NCBI GenBank assembly: GCA_039111475.1
Contig: JBCCIP010000027.1
Coordinates: 11,964 to 75,963, forward strand
Direction: 5' to 3'
Origin: Pseudomonadota bacterium
Lineage (GTDB): Bacteria > Pseudomonadota > Gammaproteobacteria > Pseudomonadales > JAUIET01
DNA length: 64,000 nucleotides
This document shows positions 12,214-22,013 of this stretch, piece by piece. The first letter of the stretch is position 1. The number at the start of each line of letters is the position of its first letter. The position numbers and the translations under genes were made by a program. The notes under the pieces are model-generated. The model saw only the letters and a program-made list of their open reading frames with translations, had not been told where the DNA came from and searched no databases.

Positions 12214-13575
12214 TCACATATAAAAAGCGGTAGCCAGGCCCAAAAAGGATACGAAGCCAACCACATCTGTCACGGTGGTCAGCACCACTGTGCCGGCCAG
12301 CGCCGGATCGATATTCAGCGCTCTCAAAATTAGCGGCAGCAAAACGCCCGCCAGGGCCGCGGTTACCAGGTTGATAAACATAGCGAGCGCTATTACAAAC
12401 CCGATTCGTTGATCGCCAAACCACAGGGTAGCTACTGCTGCAACTACTAGCGCCCAAAGCATGCCATTCAATGCGGCAACCAACAGTTCACGATTAAGCA
12501 ACCAGCGAGTATTACTGCGGTTGATCTGATCAAGCGCCATTCCTCTGATCATTATCGTCAGGGTTTGACTGCCTGCAACACCGCCCATGCTTGCAACAAT
12601 GGGCATCAATATAGCCAGAGCCACGATCTGTTGAATCGTTTCCTGATACAGGTTAATTGCGGCGGCCGCTATAAACGCGGTAATAAGGTTGGCGCCCAGC
12701 CACAGCGCCCGCCTAGGTGCGGCGTGCATCACTCTGCTGAAGGTTTCTTCGTCGTCACCCAATCCCGCCATACTCATTAGCGAGTGATCGGCATCTTCTA
12801 TAATAACGTCAACCACGTCATCAATCGTGATTCGACCCAGTAGCTTGTTGCTGTTGGTTTCAATCACAGGCGCAGATACCCAGTCATGCCTTTCGAACAG
12901 TGACGCGACAGTGCTGTCTGGCATATCCGCTGGAATGGCTTCTATGCCTGTTTGCATGAGTTCACGCACGGTCATACCGGGGTCGCTGACCAGAACCCTG
13001 CGCAAAGGCAATAAGCCAAGAAATTCATCTTTTCTGTTTACGACGATCAAGGTATCTGTGAAGCGTGGAATCTCCTCATGTCTGCGAAGATAGCGCAGAA
13101 CCAGCTCCATCGTGTGGCTGGGCCGAACCGTGATGGTATCGGTATTCATCAGGCCGCCTGCGGTGTCCTCTGCAAACGGCAGCACTAGCTCAACTCTTTG
13201 CCGATCCTGAGTATCCATTGACTGTAGAAGTTCGTTAGATAACTGTTCAGGCAATTGCTGAACTATATCAACCAGGTCATCGGTTTCCAGGCCTTCGGTG
13301 ACGGCAAGCAGTTCTTCGGTGTCCATGTCGCGAAGAAACTCGCCGCTGATGTCGGCGTTTACCTCATGCAGAATTTCGCCTTCATTTTCAAGCTCTATGA
13401 GTTGCCATAGCACTTGACGCTTATTGGGCGGAGAGGATTCGAGCAGGTCAGCAACTTCAGCGGCAGGTAAGCTGTTGAGCATGCGTCGCACGTGCGCTAG
13501 GGTACCAGCGTCCAGCGCATCATTAAGTGACTCTATCGGCGTTTGTCTCTGGCCTGCATCCTGTGCCTGCGCCAT
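12214..13575 (-). CDS. mgtE: magnesium transporter MgtE
   Basis: 453 aa with an acidic N-domain, a CBS-pair region and a C-terminal TM domain (…GVAGSQTLTIMIRGMAL…DVVGFVSFLGLA), typical of MgtE. Confidence 0.92.
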   Translation of the reverse strand: MAQAQDAGQRQTPIESLNDALDAGTLAHVRRMLNSLPAAEVADLLESSPPNKRQVLWQLIELENEGEILHEVNADISGEFLRDMDTEELLAVTEGLETDDLVDIVQQLPEQLSNELLQSMDTQDRQRVELVLPFAEDTAGGLMNTDTITVRPSHTMELVLRYLRRHEEIPRFTDTLIVVNRKDEFLGLLPLRRVLVSDPGMTVRELMQTGIEAIPADMPDSTVASLFERHDWVSAPVIETNSNKLLGRITIDDVVDVIIEDADHSLMSMAGLGDDEETFSRVMHAAPRRALWLGANLITAFIAAAAINLYQETIQQIVALAILMPIVASMGGVAGSQTLTIMIRGMALDQINRSNTRWLLNRELLVAALNGMLWALVVAAVATLWFGDQRIGFVIALAMFINLVTAALAGVLLPLILRALNIDPALAGTVVLTTVTDVVGFVSFLGLATAFYM

Positions 13576-13577
13576 TT

Positions 13578-13847
13578 TTATTCGGCTTCTTCGAAACGGT
13601 TTTGAATAAGAGTTTCGATCGCTTGCCAGGCTTCCTGTTCGTCGTTTCCAGAAATTTCCACATTAAGCACGGTACCTTTGCTCGCAGCGAGAAGCATTAC
13701 CGACATGATGCTTTTCGCGTCTACCAGCTGATCGTCCTTGCCGATCTGGATGTTGGAGCTGAAATGTGCGGCAGCAGCCACTAGCTTGGCCGCCGCACGC
13801 GCGTGCAACCCCAATTTATTGATTATCTCAATCTCTTGCTGGATCAT
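13578..13847 (-). CDS. ptsO: HPr-like phosphocarrier NPr (PTS-Ntr)
   Basis: 89 aa (MIQQEIEIINKLGLHARAAAKLV) with the HPr active-site His motif. It follows rapZ with a 4-nt overlap. Confidence 0.88.
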   Translation of the reverse strand: MIQQEIEIINKLGLHARAAAKLVAAAAHFSSNIQIGKDDQLVDAKSIMSVMLLAASKGTVLNVEISGNDEQEAWQAIETLIQNRFEEAE

Positions 13848-14740
13848 GGTTCTTCAGCGATTCGTTTCAATTCCCGGTGACGGACTTGAACATTGTCAAA
13901 TTGCTTTGAGAACTGTTTCAACAGTCGTTCGCTCATATAAACCGAACGATGTTGCCCGCCGGTACAACCAATGCCCACCGTGACATAACTGCGATTATTG
14001 GCTTGAAACTGCGGCAACCAACGTTCCAGGAATTGGGCGATATCATCAAACATGTCGTGCACGGATTGGTGCTCTTCCAGAAATTCAATAACGCCCTGAT
14101 CAAGACCGCTGAACTTTCGCAATTCCTTGCTCCAGTAAGGATTGGGCAGGCAGCGCACGTCATACACGATATCAGCGTCTGTCGGGATGCCACGTTTGAA
14201 GCCGAACGATTCAAACAATATCGCAATGCCGCCCAGCGTATCGCCAATCACGCGCTGCCGCACAATATCGCGCAACTCATAGATATTCATCTGGCTGGTC
14301 TCTATGGTCAGTGTGGCACCGTTTGCAATCGGTGCCAGTAATTCCTTCTCTGCTTCCAGCGCCTCTTTCAAGGCCGTGAAGCGGTCGCTCAACGGGTGCT
14401 TGCGACGGGTTTCGCTAAAACGCTTTAACAACTCTTCGCCGTTTGCATCCAGGTAAATTACCTCGGCGTGGATATCCGCGGGAAGGTGCTCAATGAACTC
14501 ATCAAAACGAGCAATATCAGCAGCCGAGTTGCGAGCATCTATGCATACTGCGAGGTGTTGGTATTCCTCAGATTTCGTAATTCTGGTTTGTTCCACAAGT
14601 GCGGGTAAAAGCGCCGCAGGTAAATTATCAATGCAGTAATAACCTGCGTCTTCCAGCACGTGCAGCGCGGTTGTTTTGCCCGATCCAGACCTGCCGGATA
14701 TGATGGCAAGTTTTCGTCCTGTTGGAGTGCTAGCTGACAC
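13844..14740 (-). CDS. rapZ: RNase adapter protein RapZ
   Basis: 298 aa with a GTG start and Walker A motif GRSGSGKTTAL, in the conserved position after ptsN. Confidence 0.92.
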   Translation of the reverse strand: MSASTPTGRKLAIISGRSGSGKTTALHVLEDAGYYCIDNLPAALLPALVEQTRITKSEEYQHLAVCIDARNSAADIARFDEFIEHLPADIHAEVIYLDANGEELLKRFSETRRKHPLSDRFTALKEALEAEKELLAPIANGATLTIETSQMNIYELRDIVRQRVIGDTLGGIAILFESFGFKRGIPTDADIVYDVRCLPNPYWSKELRKFSGLDQGVIEFLEEHQSVHDMFDDIAQFLERWLPQFQANNRSYVTVGIGCTGGQHRSVYMSERLLKQFSKQFDNVQVRHRELKRIAEEP

Positions 14741-14877
14741 AGCGGTTCCCGTTGTTAATCAGAGTGTTGCGACTTTGCTGCTTATTGCAAGTCATACAGC
14801 CGTGCGCCTACGGCGCAGATCAACTTTCTACCGTACCTTGGAAAAGCCTTTCGTTCAAGCTACTTGCTTAGAGCGGC

Positions 14878-15333
14878 TTATTTGATTGGAGCGATTGCCG
14901 CTTCATATAAGGCGCCAGCGTCTTCGGAATTTCGCAAGCTTTCACAATAGTCGGGATTACTGAAACGTCTGGCTAGCTCTGCAAGTATCTGTAGGTGTTC
15001 ATCGGCGGCTTCACCGGGCACCAAAAGTACGAACAAAAGGTCTACTGGCTGCTTGTCAGGCGCGTCAAACTCAATACCTTGCGCAAGCGTCAACAACGCA
15101 CCTTTGCATTGCGTGCAGCTTTCCAGCCGGCAGTGGGGAATGGCTATGCCTTGCCCAAGGCCTGTGCTGCCCAGGCGCTCTCTGGCCATGAATGCATCCA
15201 GAATGCGCTGCATATGTGCCGGCTTACTGTCTTCGACCAACTCGCTGGCAAGAAACTCGAAGATACGTTTCTTTGACTGACCATAGGCCGAATGAAACGT
15301 TCTTTCCGGCGTCAGAATATCGCTAATGTGCAT
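14878..15333 (-). CDS. ptsN: PTS-Ntr enzyme IIA (PtsN)
   Basis: 151 aa with an EIIA-2 fold sequence and the GIAIPHCR active-site His region, downstream of hpf. Confidence 0.88.
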   Translation of the reverse strand: MHISDILTPERTFHSAYGQSKKRIFEFLASELVEDSKPAHMQRILDAFMARERLGSTGLGQGIAIPHCRLESCTQCKGALLTLAQGIEFDAPDKQPVDLLFVLLVPGEAADEHLQILAELARRFSNPDYCESLRNSEDAGALYEAAIAPIK

Positions 15334-15372
15334 GAAAGTGAAAATCCGTTAAGCAAACAGCACAGACGTTGC

Positions 15373-15690
15373 TCAGTTGAAGCTGTCTGATACGTTGGCC
15401 CCTTTGTGGTTGCGCATCTTTTCTTTGTGTTTGATGATTTGGCGATCAAGTTTGTCAGCCAATGTGTCTATCGCGGCGTACATGTCCTCAGATTCTGAGG
15501 CAGCGAATATGTCGGCACCCGACACATGAACCGTTGCCTCTGCTTTTTGTCGTATTTTTTCAACGCTAAGCGTGACATGAGTGTTGGTGATATTGTCGAA
15601 GTGCCTTTCGATACGGGTCAACTTACTGTTGACATAGTCGCGTAAAGAGTCGGTAAGGTCCACATGGTGTCCGCTGATTTGTACTTGCAT
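15373..15690 (-). CDS. hpf: ribosome hibernation promoting factor (short HPF)
   Basis: 105 aa (MQVQISGHHVDLTDSLRDYVNSKLTRIERHF...), directly after rpoN. Confidence 0.9.
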   Translation of the reverse strand: MQVQISGHHVDLTDSLRDYVNSKLTRIERHFDNITNTHVTLSVEKIRQKAEATVHVSGADIFAASESEDMYAAIDTLADKLDRQIIKHKEKMRNHKGANVSDSFN

Positions 15691-15764
15691 AGAGCCCTCT
15701 TTTAGCTGTGATAAGGCAAAGCCTTTTTTATTGGCGTCATTGCTGATGCCTTAGTACCCCGCGG

Positions 15765-17279
15765 TCAAACCAAGCGCTTGCGCTCGTTCGAAGGCGGAAT
15801 ATTCATACTTTCACGATATTTTGCGATAGTTCGTCTCGCTACTTCAATGCCTTGCTCGGCGAGTAGATTTGCGATTTTGTTGTCGCTTAATGGCTTGCGT
15901 GGATTCTCCGCAACAACCAGTTTCTTAATAATGGCCCGGATCGCCGTGGACGAGCACTCGCCACCCGAAGACGTACTTACATGGCTCGAAAAAAAGTACT
16001 TTAACTCAAAAATGCCACGTGGCGTGTGCATGTATTTTTGCGTGGTGACTCGCGATATCGTTGACTCGTGCATATCCACTGCCAGCGCTATATCGTGTAA
16101 CACCATGGGTTTCATCGCTTCGTCGCCATACTCCAGAAAATTGACTTGGTGTTCAACTATGCAGCTGGCGACCTTCATCAATGTTTCATTGCGGCTTTGC
16201 AAACTCTTCAGAAACCATCTCGCTTCCTGCAAATTATCCTTAAGGAAGGCGTTGTCTTGGCTATTGTCTGCGCGTCGAATTAAACCTGCGTAGTCTGCAT
16301 TGATGCGTAACTTGGGAGCGATATCAGGGTTGAGCTCAACGCTCCATCGATCGTTTTTCTTGCTCACGAAAACGTCCGGAACCACGTATTCTGTCTTGCT
16401 TTGAGCCACGGAATCACCCGGGTAAGGGTTCATGCTCTGAATCAGACTGATCACTTGCTTGAGCTCATCTTCCTTGAGTTTCATGCGACGCATTAGCTGG
16501 GCGTAGTCACGTGAACCCAGTAAATGCATGTGCCTGTCAACCAGTCGCAAAGCCTGCTTAAGCCACGGCGTGTCGTCGGCCAATTGTTTGAGCTGCACGG
16601 TGATGCATTCTTGCAAGTCAACAGTTGCCACGCCCGCCGGATCGAATTGTTGTATGCGATGTCGAACGGCTTCGACTTCGTCAAGTTCTATGTCCAGTTC
16701 CGGATCAAAGCCTGATAGAATCTCTTCCGGGGTCATGCTTAACAAACCGCTCGGCTCTATCGCGTCAACGATCGCCAAGGCGATCAAAGTATCGGTGTCT
16801 GACATGGACGTCATGTTCAGCTGCCACATGAGATGATCCTGCAGCGACAACTCGGCCGTGTTCCGACTGTCAAAATCAAATTCATCGTTGCTTGCAGGGC
16901 CTGAGGATGTAGAAGGTGGACCTGCTGGATACACGTCATCCCAGTTTGAGTCTACCGGGACATCAGCAACGTTTGCGTCACCCCAATTATCTTCAGAGCC
17001 ATCAATTGGGCTGGTTTCTTCCGTGCTGGAATCAGAAGTTGTTTTGTTTGCATCAGCGTCATTTCGCTGCTCCGCTGCGGAATTGCTCGAATCCGTTGCG
17101 TTATCGGCGCCCTGAGCACCACCATCTTCCTCCACTTCCAAAAGCGGGTTTGATTCAAGCGCTTCTTGTATTTCGCCCTGCAGATCGAGAGTGGAGAGTT
17201 GCAGGAGCCTGATCGCTTGCTGCAACTGCGGTGTCATCGTCAGTTGCTGGCCAAGTTTCAGTTGCAGGGACTGTTTCAT
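15765..17279 (-). CDS. rpoN: RNA polymerase sigma-54 factor
   Basis: 504 aa. The N-terminus [34 protein letters not shown] is present, along with the acidic region II and a C-terminal RpoN-box region ([12 protein letters not shown]). Confidence 0.97.
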   Translation of the reverse strand: MKQSLQLKLGQQLTMTPQLQQAIRLLQLSTLDLQGEIQEALESNPLLEVEEDGGAQGADNATDSSNSAAEQRNDADANKTTSDSSTEETSPIDGSEDNWGDANVADVPVDSNWDDVYPAGPPSTSSGPASNDEFDFDSRNTAELSLQDHLMWQLNMTSMSDTDTLIALAIVDAIEPSGLLSMTPEEILSGFDPELDIELDEVEAVRHRIQQFDPAGVATVDLQECITVQLKQLADDTPWLKQALRLVDRHMHLLGSRDYAQLMRRMKLKEDELKQVISLIQSMNPYPGDSVAQSKTEYVVPDVFVSKKNDRWSVELNPDIAPKLRINADYAGLIRRADNSQDNAFLKDNLQEARWFLKSLQSRNETLMKVASCIVEHQVNFLEYGDEAMKPMVLHDIALAVDMHESTISRVTTQKYMHTPRGIFELKYFFSSHVSTSSGGECSSTAIRAIIKKLVVAENPRKPLSDNKIANLLAEQGIEVARRTIAKYRESMNIPPSNERKRLV

Positions 17280-17286
17280 TAGTCAA

Positions 17287-17315
17287 AGTGTAGCTCTGCG
17301 TGGCAGCGCAAGCAA
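17287..17315 (-). promoter_or_regulatory. candidate sigma-70 promoter placed for a leaderless or near-leaderless rpoN transcript
   Basis: The minus strand reads TTGCTT-N17-TACACT-N7-ATG(rpoN). There is no GGAG/GAGG/AGGA in the 20 nt before the ATG. The hexamers are only moderate matches. Confidence 0.3.
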
Positions 17316-17430
17316 TGATTGTTATGGAGAATAGTCGTGCTACTTAGAAAATTCGTGAAATAGACAGCTTGACATAACGCCGCACTGCGAAATGCTGATT
17401 GTGCGGAATCGACAGCAGCGCTGTGAATCA

Positions 17431-18156
17431 CTAAAGCGAGAATTCCTGACCCAAATAGACTTCTTTTACTTTACTGTGATTCAAAATGGCTTCTGCATTT
17501 CCTTCAGCAATAATATGACCTTCACTGACAATATAGGCTTTCTCGCAAATATCCAGTGTTTCTCTGACATTGTGATCAGTGATAAGTACGCCAATACCCC
17601 GATTCTTAAGGTGTATGATGATTTGTTTGATATCGTTCACGGATATGGGGTCTACGCCGGCAAATGGCTCATCCAGCAGCACAAAAGACGGTTCGGTTGC
17701 CAACGCTCTGGCAATTTCTACACGCCGCCGTTCGCCTCCAGAAAGCGCCATGCCCTGGCTTTTGCGAATGTGAGTTATGTGAAACTCCTGCAGTAATTGC
17801 TCAAGCTTCTCTTTGCGTTGAGGGCGACTCAACTCTGCTCTGGTTTCGAGAATCGCCATGATATTGTTTTCGACACTGAGTTTTCGAAACACAGACGCCT
17901 CTTGCGGCAGATAGCCTATGCCTTTGCGAGAGCGCACGTGCATTGGCTTGCTTGTAACGTCGGTATTGTCAATTTTTATCTTGCCTTTCTCCGGCTTTAC
18001 TATGCCAACAACCATATAAAAGCAAGTAGTCTTGCCGGCTCCGTTGGGGCCAAGCAAACCAACTATGTCGCCACTATTAACAGTTAGCGAAACGTCTTTG
18101 ACGACGCTGCGCCCTTTATAGCTTTTGGCCAAATGCAATGCTTGTAATACTGGCAA
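17431..18156 (-). CDS. lptB: LPS export ABC transporter ATPase LptB
   Basis: 241 aa with Walker [10 protein letters not shown] and ABC signature LSGGERRR, upstream of rpoN. Confidence 0.95.
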   Translation of the reverse strand: MPVLQALHLAKSYKGRSVVKDVSLTVNSGDIVGLLGPNGAGKTTCFYMVVGIVKPEKGKIKIDNTDVTSKPMHVRSRKGIGYLPQEASVFRKLSVENNIMAILETRAELSRPQRKEKLEQLLQEFHITHIRKSQGMALSGGERRRVEIARALATEPSFVLLDEPFAGVDPISVNDIKQIIIHLKNRGIGVLITDHNVRETLDICEKAYIVSEGHIIAEGNAEAILNHSKVKEVYLGQEFSL

Positions 18157-18702
18157 TTAAGGTGCCTCTGGCCGGGAATCCGCAGCTGCGTTTTCATTTG
18201 GCGGAATAATGATTTCGACGCGCCCTTGTGTCTTGGACGAACCGTTGGCACGAACAATTTGTCGAGTCATATCGTATGTGATTTCATCGCCGCGCACTTC
18301 GGTACCGTCTTGTTCCACATAGGCATTTTTCTGAAGCGTCACCACTTCACTGGCTACCGTGTACTCAATCTGATTGGCCCGCGCCGTGACAATGCCTTTG
18401 TCGGGCTGCGGTCGCTGACGCAGCCTGGCGGGTGTGCCGGTTGCTACAATTTTGCTGACATTGGTGGAGCCGAACATGGTTACTTCCTGCGCTACGATGT
18501 TGAGGCTGCCCTGATCGATAACAACATCACCTGTGTAGCGGGTGATTTCCTGTCGATCATCGCGCTCGGCGCTATCCGCTTTCACTCTGATAGGTTGTTT
18601 GCGATCTTCATCGAGCGCCAGCGACGCCGCACTCAGCAGCAGCAAAGCGCACATCGCATTACGCTGCCTAGCGCGGTGGTTCGAAAACACTTCGCACCTC
18701 AC
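18157..18702 (-). CDS. lptA: LPS transport periplasmic protein LptA
   Basis: 181 aa with a signal peptide (…RARQRNAMCALLLLSAASLA) and an OstA-like body (PIRVKADSAE…). It directly abuts lptB. Met17 is an alternative start. Confidence 0.85.
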   Translation of the reverse strand: MRCEVFSNHRARQRNAMCALLLLSAASLALDEDRKQPIRVKADSAERDDRQEITRYTGDVVIDQGSLNIVAQEVTMFGSTNVSKIVATGTPARLRQRPQPDKGIVTARANQIEYTVASEVVTLQKNAYVEQDGTEVRGDEITYDMTRQIVRANGSSKTQGRVEIIIPPNENAAADSRPEAP

Positions 18703-19243
18703 TATGCAACTTGAGCACTTCTTTGTTTAAGCTGGCCGTCATGCCAATGCCCACTGTCTGGCCAATTCTGGTGTCTATGATGACTTCTTCTTGTGTTGTC
18801 GCTTGGCCTTGCAAGGCATCATAAGTGAGCTTGTCCGTTCGCGCCACGGTATCGCCCTGGATGCGTTCTATCAGCACCGTGTTCCAGAGGTCGTAAACGT
18901 CACCGCCGGGGCGAACTTTGCCGCTACGTGCGCTGGTTTCCCATATCTTACCAGTATCGCTGATACTTTGTATTTTTGGCGCTTGCAGTAAAGTCTCATC
19001 ACTCACCGAATAATGCGCAGCGTACTCGGCTTCCAGTAGCCGCGATTGTTTGCCTTCATCGTTGAAGCGTTTTGAGCTAACGCCCACAGTGTAGGTGTCA
19101 ACAAAATCTTGGCTACTGCGGCTTGCTTCATCAACAATAATGTCTGAGTGTCGTTGCTTGACGAAAATGGCCAAAATAACCACAGCAAGCATCGCCAGTG
19201 CTCCAAATGGCTTTCGGGTTTTGTCTGGAGTCTCGCCGCTCAT
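18668..19243 (-). CDS. lptC: LPS export system protein LptC
   Basis: 191 aa with a single N-terminal TM anchor, lying between kdsC and lptA (ATGA overlap with kdsC). Confidence 0.8.
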   Translation of the reverse strand: MSGETPDKTRKPFGALAMLAVVILAIFVKQRHSDIIVDEASRSSQDFVDTYTVGVSSKRFNDEGKQSRLLEAEYAAHYSVSDETLLQAPKIQSISDTGKIWETSARSGKVRPGGDVYDLWNTVLIERIQGDTVARTDKLTYDALQGQATTQEEVIIDTRIGQTVGIGMTASLNKEVLKLHSEVRSVFEPPR

Positions 19244-19800
19244 GCAGTGGCTTCCCCGCTATTGGCAGTGTCTGTAAGGCTGTATTGCGCCAGCAAGGAA
19301 TGCCATTTCCCTTGCGCTTGCAATAGCCACTCGCAGGCCTCTCGCACAGCACCCTCACCTCCGCAAGCCCGTGTAACGTAATCTGCTCTCTCTGCAATAC
19401 CGCTTGCCGCGTTGGCCACCGCAATACCTATTCCTGCCGCTTGTATTGCGCTGAGGTCGGGTAAATCATCGCCCATATAAGCGGCTTGCTCTAAGCTTAG
19501 GCCCAAACTGTTGATTACTTCACGGAGCGCTGTAAGTTTGTCTTCCCGGCCTTGCAGTAAGATATCTATGCCAAGCTCTCTGGCGCGTTTGGCGACTATT
19601 TCAGATGTTCTACCGGTGATGATGGCGATGCTAACGTCAGTGCTCTTGAGCATTTTCAGGCCGTGGCCATCTTGGCTGTTGAACGCCTTAAGTGTGTCTC
19701 CATCGCTGCTGAAAAACAAACGACCGTCAGTAAGTACGCCGTCAACATCCATCGCTAGCAATTTGATCTGTTGAGCGCGATCTTTCAAGGCTTTGTTCAT
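19240..19800 (-). CDS. kdsC: KDO 8-phosphate phosphatase (HAD family)
   Basis: 186 aa with an LLAMDVDGVLTDG HAD motif and an ATGA overlap with kdsD. Confidence 0.9.
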   Translation of the reverse strand: MNKALKDRAQQIKLLAMDVDGVLTDGRLFFSSDGDTLKAFNSQDGHGLKMLKSTDVSIAIITGRTSEIVAKRARELGIDILLQGREDKLTALREVINSLGLSLEQAAYMGDDLPDLSAIQAAGIGIAVANAASGIAERADYVTRACGGEGAVREACEWLLQAQGKWHSLLAQYSLTDTANSGEATA

Positions 19801-20768
19801 ACAAGCCCTGCTTGTAACACATCGTACATTTGTACGGTGCCTATTGGCTTGCCGTCAATGTCGGTGACGACTAACACACTTATTTTATTGTCTTCCATAA
19901 TTGTCAGTGCCGCAGCGGCAAGCTCGTCCGCAGCAATGGTTTTGCCGCCGCTGGTCATTATGTCTGCGATAGCGGAGTTCTTGATATCAACATCGGCATC
20001 CAGAGCGCGACGCAAATCGCCATCTGTAAAAATACCCAGTAGCTCGCCTTGTTCATTGGCCACGATGGTCATACCGAGGCCTTTTTCACTGACCTCGAGA
20101 ATAGCCTCACCAAGCGTTGCATTGGGAGCAACCGTTGGCAATGAATCACCAGCGTGCATCAGGTCCGACACGCGAAGTAACAGGCGCTTGCCCAGGCTGC
20201 CACCAGGGTGAGAATAGGCGAAGTCTTCGGCAGTGAAGCCGCGTTTCTCCAGCAGGGCAATTGCCAGCGCATCACCCATTACCAGGCTTACAGTGGTACT
20301 TGTGGTTGGCGCCAGATCGTGCGGGCAGGCTTCTTCAGCGATGCTGATATCCAGGTTTACATCCGCATGTCTTGCGAGACTGGACTTGGCGTTGCCGCAC
20401 ATGCTGATCAGAGGCACAGCAAGCCGCTTGAGTAGGGGCAGAAGCGTGGTAATTTCAGGGGTGTTGCCAGAATTGGACACGGCGATCACCACGTCATTGC
20501 GGGTAATCATACCCATATCGCCGTGACTTGCCTCAGCGGGGTGAACAAAAAAAGCAGGTGTGCCAGTGCTGGCCAGCGTTGCGGCGATTTTGTTTGCGAT
20601 ATGGCCCGACTTGCCGATACCCGATACCACCACACGACCGCTGCAATTGAGCATTAACTCACAAGCGGCAGCAAAATTATGGTCGACACGCTGAATGAGG
20701 TTGCTGACGGCATCGCGCTCTATCTCGATGGTTCGGCGTCCAGCCTTTAAATAAATATCCTCGCTCAT
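19797..20768 (-). CDS. kdsD: arabinose-5-phosphate isomerase (SIS + CBS domains)
   Basis: 323 aa with the SIS motif VVVSGIGKSGHIANKIAATLASTGTPAFFVHPAEASHGDMG and a C-terminal CBS pair. Confidence 0.95.
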   Translation of the reverse strand: MSEDIYLKAGRRTIEIERDAVSNLIQRVDHNFAAACELMLNCSGRVVVSGIGKSGHIANKIAATLASTGTPAFFVHPAEASHGDMGMITRNDVVIAVSNSGNTPEITTLLPLLKRLAVPLISMCGNAKSSLARHADVNLDISIAEEACPHDLAPTTSTTVSLVMGDALAIALLEKRGFTAEDFAYSHPGGSLGKRLLLRVSDLMHAGDSLPTVAPNATLGEAILEVSEKGLGMTIVANEQGELLGIFTDGDLRRALDADVDIKNSAIADIMTSGGKTIAADELAAAALTIMEDNKISVLVVTDIDGKPIGTVQMYDVLQAGLV

Positions 20769-20785
20769 TCCGTTGTGCTCTTTTC

Positions 20786-21814
20786 TTATAATACCTTTAA
20801 CAATTGTAGCGTATACAGCACATAGCCCAATAGAAACAGCACGGCTGCAAAGCGGCCTAAATGCGGTCTTGGTCTTTCCTGTGGATCGGTGCCTGCATGC
20901 TTAAATCGTAACCATAGTGCATCCGTGAGCACTGCAACAATGAGCACAAGCGTGATGCCGGCCATGAATGCATAGTCGCGATTAAAAATCTCGCTACCAA
21001 GTTGCACACCGCCTACCAGCCCAGGAATAGACATCACCGCAGCTAGGTTAAAAATGTTACTGCCCACCACATTACCCAGGGCGATATCAACCTGACCTTT
21101 TAAGGCGCACGCGACCGAGGCAGCCAGCTCCGGCAAGCTGGTGCCAATGGCTACCAGAGTCAAGCCTATAATGAGTTGGCTGACTCCCAGCTGAATGGCC
21201 ACTGATTTTGCGCCCCAGACCAGCAGGTTGGAACTTGCTACCAATACCACTAAGCCGCCTATGAGCAGCATCCACGCTTTACCACTGGAAACCTCATCGA
21301 GTTCGTCTTCTGGTGTCATGGCTTCCAGACTTGCGGCCAGATCGATGTCGTCGTCCAGTTGTGGGTTGTTTTTCTGGCTTCTAAACGCCAGGTAGCCCGC
21401 CACAAAAATACTCCCTAACAGCAGGCAGCCATCCACAAAGCTCACTTTGTAATCAAGCAGGGTATAACCGGCAAGTAAGGTAATCGCTGCCAATATTGGT
21501 AGCTCGCGTCGAACAACCGATTTGCTGATGGGAATAGCCGTAATCAGCGCTGTGACGGCCAGTACTAAACCCATGTTGGCGAGGTTGGAGCCCAGCGCAT
21601 TACCGACGGCCATATCAGCAGCATCGTGCAGGGCAGCGTTCAGCGAGACAAAGATTTCTGGCGCCGAGGTTCCAAAGGCAACGATGGTCAAGCCAATCAT
21701 CATAGTTGACATGCCCAGATGATTGGCCGTAACCGCCGCCCCGGTTACGAAACGATCGGCACTCCAGACCAGTGCGATGAAGCCAACGAGTACCGCCAAT
21801 AATGCAAGCGTCAT
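20786..21814 (-). CDS. yrbG: Ca2+/Na+ antiporter family membrane protein (YrbG-like)
   Basis: 342 aa, polytopic, with two alpha-repeat motifs (GTSAPE... / GTSLPEL...). It lies next to kdsD, as yrbG does in E. coli. Confidence 0.85.
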   Translation of the reverse strand: MTLALLAVLVGFIALVWSADRFVTGAAVTANHLGMSTMMIGLTIVAFGTSAPEIFVSLNAALHDAADMAVGNALGSNLANMGLVLAVTALITAIPISKSVVRRELPILAAITLLAGYTLLDYKVSFVDGCLLLGSIFVAGYLAFRSQKNNPQLDDDIDLAASLEAMTPEDELDEVSSGKAWMLLIGGLVVLVASSNLLVWGAKSVAIQLGVSQLIIGLTLVAIGTSLPELAASVACALKGQVDIALGNVVGSNIFNLAAVMSIPGLVGGVQLGSEIFNRDYAFMAGITLVLIVAVLTDALWLRFKHAGTDPQERPRPHLGRFAAVLFLLGYVLYTLQLLKVL

Positions 21815-22013
21815 AGTTTTTGAGCTCTAAAAGTGATCCCTTGTACCAGATGTGGCCAATGGGCGGGCTCTGCCAATGGCAATAAAGCGTAAATTTACGA
21901 AAATTCAACGGCTTCCTAGAATATTAATTATAACATTCTGTCCGTTTTCTTGTCTTAGTTAGCGAGAGCATCGCCTATTATGGTAGTTTATTTGCAGAAA
22001 GTAGGGAGAAAGC

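Noticed and set aside
12191-12457. N-terminal extensions of track ORFs (yjgA 12191..12457, gatB 1719..1766, ftsZ 56637..56726, lpoA 39263..39394, ftsI 42768..42881, rplM 30060..30185, diaA 36962..37012)
   Set aside because: The extensions overlap upstream genes or intergenic regions. Conserved N-termini with better ribosome-binding sites occur at internal start codons.
21855-21879. Direct repeat GCCAATGG (21855..21862 and 21872..21879) in the yrbG-mlaC divergent spacer
   Set aside because: A single 8-mer repeated once within about 200 bp is not clearly above chance expectation. No dyad symmetry or third copy was seen.
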